A DNA stretch of 63,649 nucleotides, counting the filler, from Sphacelaria rigidula (Eukaryota), in assembly GCA_964200075.2 (NCBI GenBank). It is 8 parts of 8 records of this genome, joined end to end, with 100 filler letters (N's around TTAATTAATTAA, not from the genome) between each part and the next. Parts side by side here need not be neighbours in the genome. Positions count along the whole stretch, not along the records: positions 55,783 to 63,649 come from CAXNAA020013166.1; 7 more parts are not named here. The stretch is one strand, 5' to 3'. Positions within the stretch are counted from its first letter, which is position 1, and every line of letters starts with the position of its first letter. The notes below the pieces were generated by a model. That model worked only from the letters and a program-made list of their open reading frames with translations, was not told the DNA's origin and ran no database searches. Shown here piece by piece: positions 62,990 through 63,649 of this stretch. Position numbers and translations under genes: made by a program.

Positions 62990-63020
<31 letters not shown>

Positions 63021-63649
63021 CCCCCCCCGCCCAGACCACCACCACCCCCCCCCGACCCGCANNNNNNNNNNCCCCCCCCCCGGGGGCGCGTGTCCACCAA
63101 CCCAACAAATCACCCCCCCACCAAATAAGTCCCCCCCCCCCCCCCCCCCTCCCCCTCCCGTCCCCCCGCGCGTGAAAAAAAACCCGCCCAACATGGAAGA
63201 TACACAAACTCATTGAACCGATACGATAACTCAAACCGATCCGACATAACAGACCCACCGGTAAAACGTCTTTTGTGGCAGGGTCTTCGGCCACGAGGTT
63301 CTGCATCCCGGTGTGAAAGAAGGGGATTATACGCGGGGTCCTCGGCGCGTGAGCGACGATTTTCCCCACGCCCCACTTTAAGCGCCCAAGCGAGTGCGAG
63401 CCGGGAGGCGGTCTACCCCCAATCGATCCGGTCTATGCGTCATTGTCGCGTACCACCGCAACGGTTGGTATATTGGTGCATGCATCGTCGAGTTTGTTTG
63501 GGCACCGCCGACGACATGACGTACAACGACGAGGCAGCAGCGTGAGGCAGGGGAGGGGGGGGGGGGCGGGGGTACATACAGTTGTTCGGGGGGTCAAAAT
63601 GATCACGCTCAGAGGTGCGACACGTTAGTCGACATGCTCGTCATCAGCA

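Overview
This window is not contiguous DNA. It holds eight unrelated contigs of steadily falling length (7870, 7870, 7869, 7869, 7868, 7868, 7868, 7867 bp), joined by an artificial 100-nt linker (N44-TTAATTAATTAA-N44). The DNA is eukaryotic: short GT-AG exons, long repeat-rich introns and many microsatellites. By my reading this fits a brown alga/stramenopile, but that is inference. Recognisable gene pieces are an FHA + coiled-coil segment of a kinesin-3-like gene, two exons of a MYST histone acetyltransferase, a USP (peptidase C19) His-box exon, the 3' three exons of an unknown protein, the last exon of a class I fructose-1,6-bisphosphatase, and a spliced, decayed Cys-rich DNA-transposase-like gene. 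The rest is mostly repeats: LINE reverse transcriptase fragments, tRNA-derived SINEs, several MITE families and satellites of 85, 63, ~42 and ~300 bp. The most interesting signal is two related non-LTR families that share a 3' end. They have no poly(A) tail, end in ATGAGTAC(G/A) followed by (C)n, usually have a C-run on the 5' side too, and stack head-to-tail. This suggests a retrotransposon system targeted to poly(C)/poly(G) tracts.
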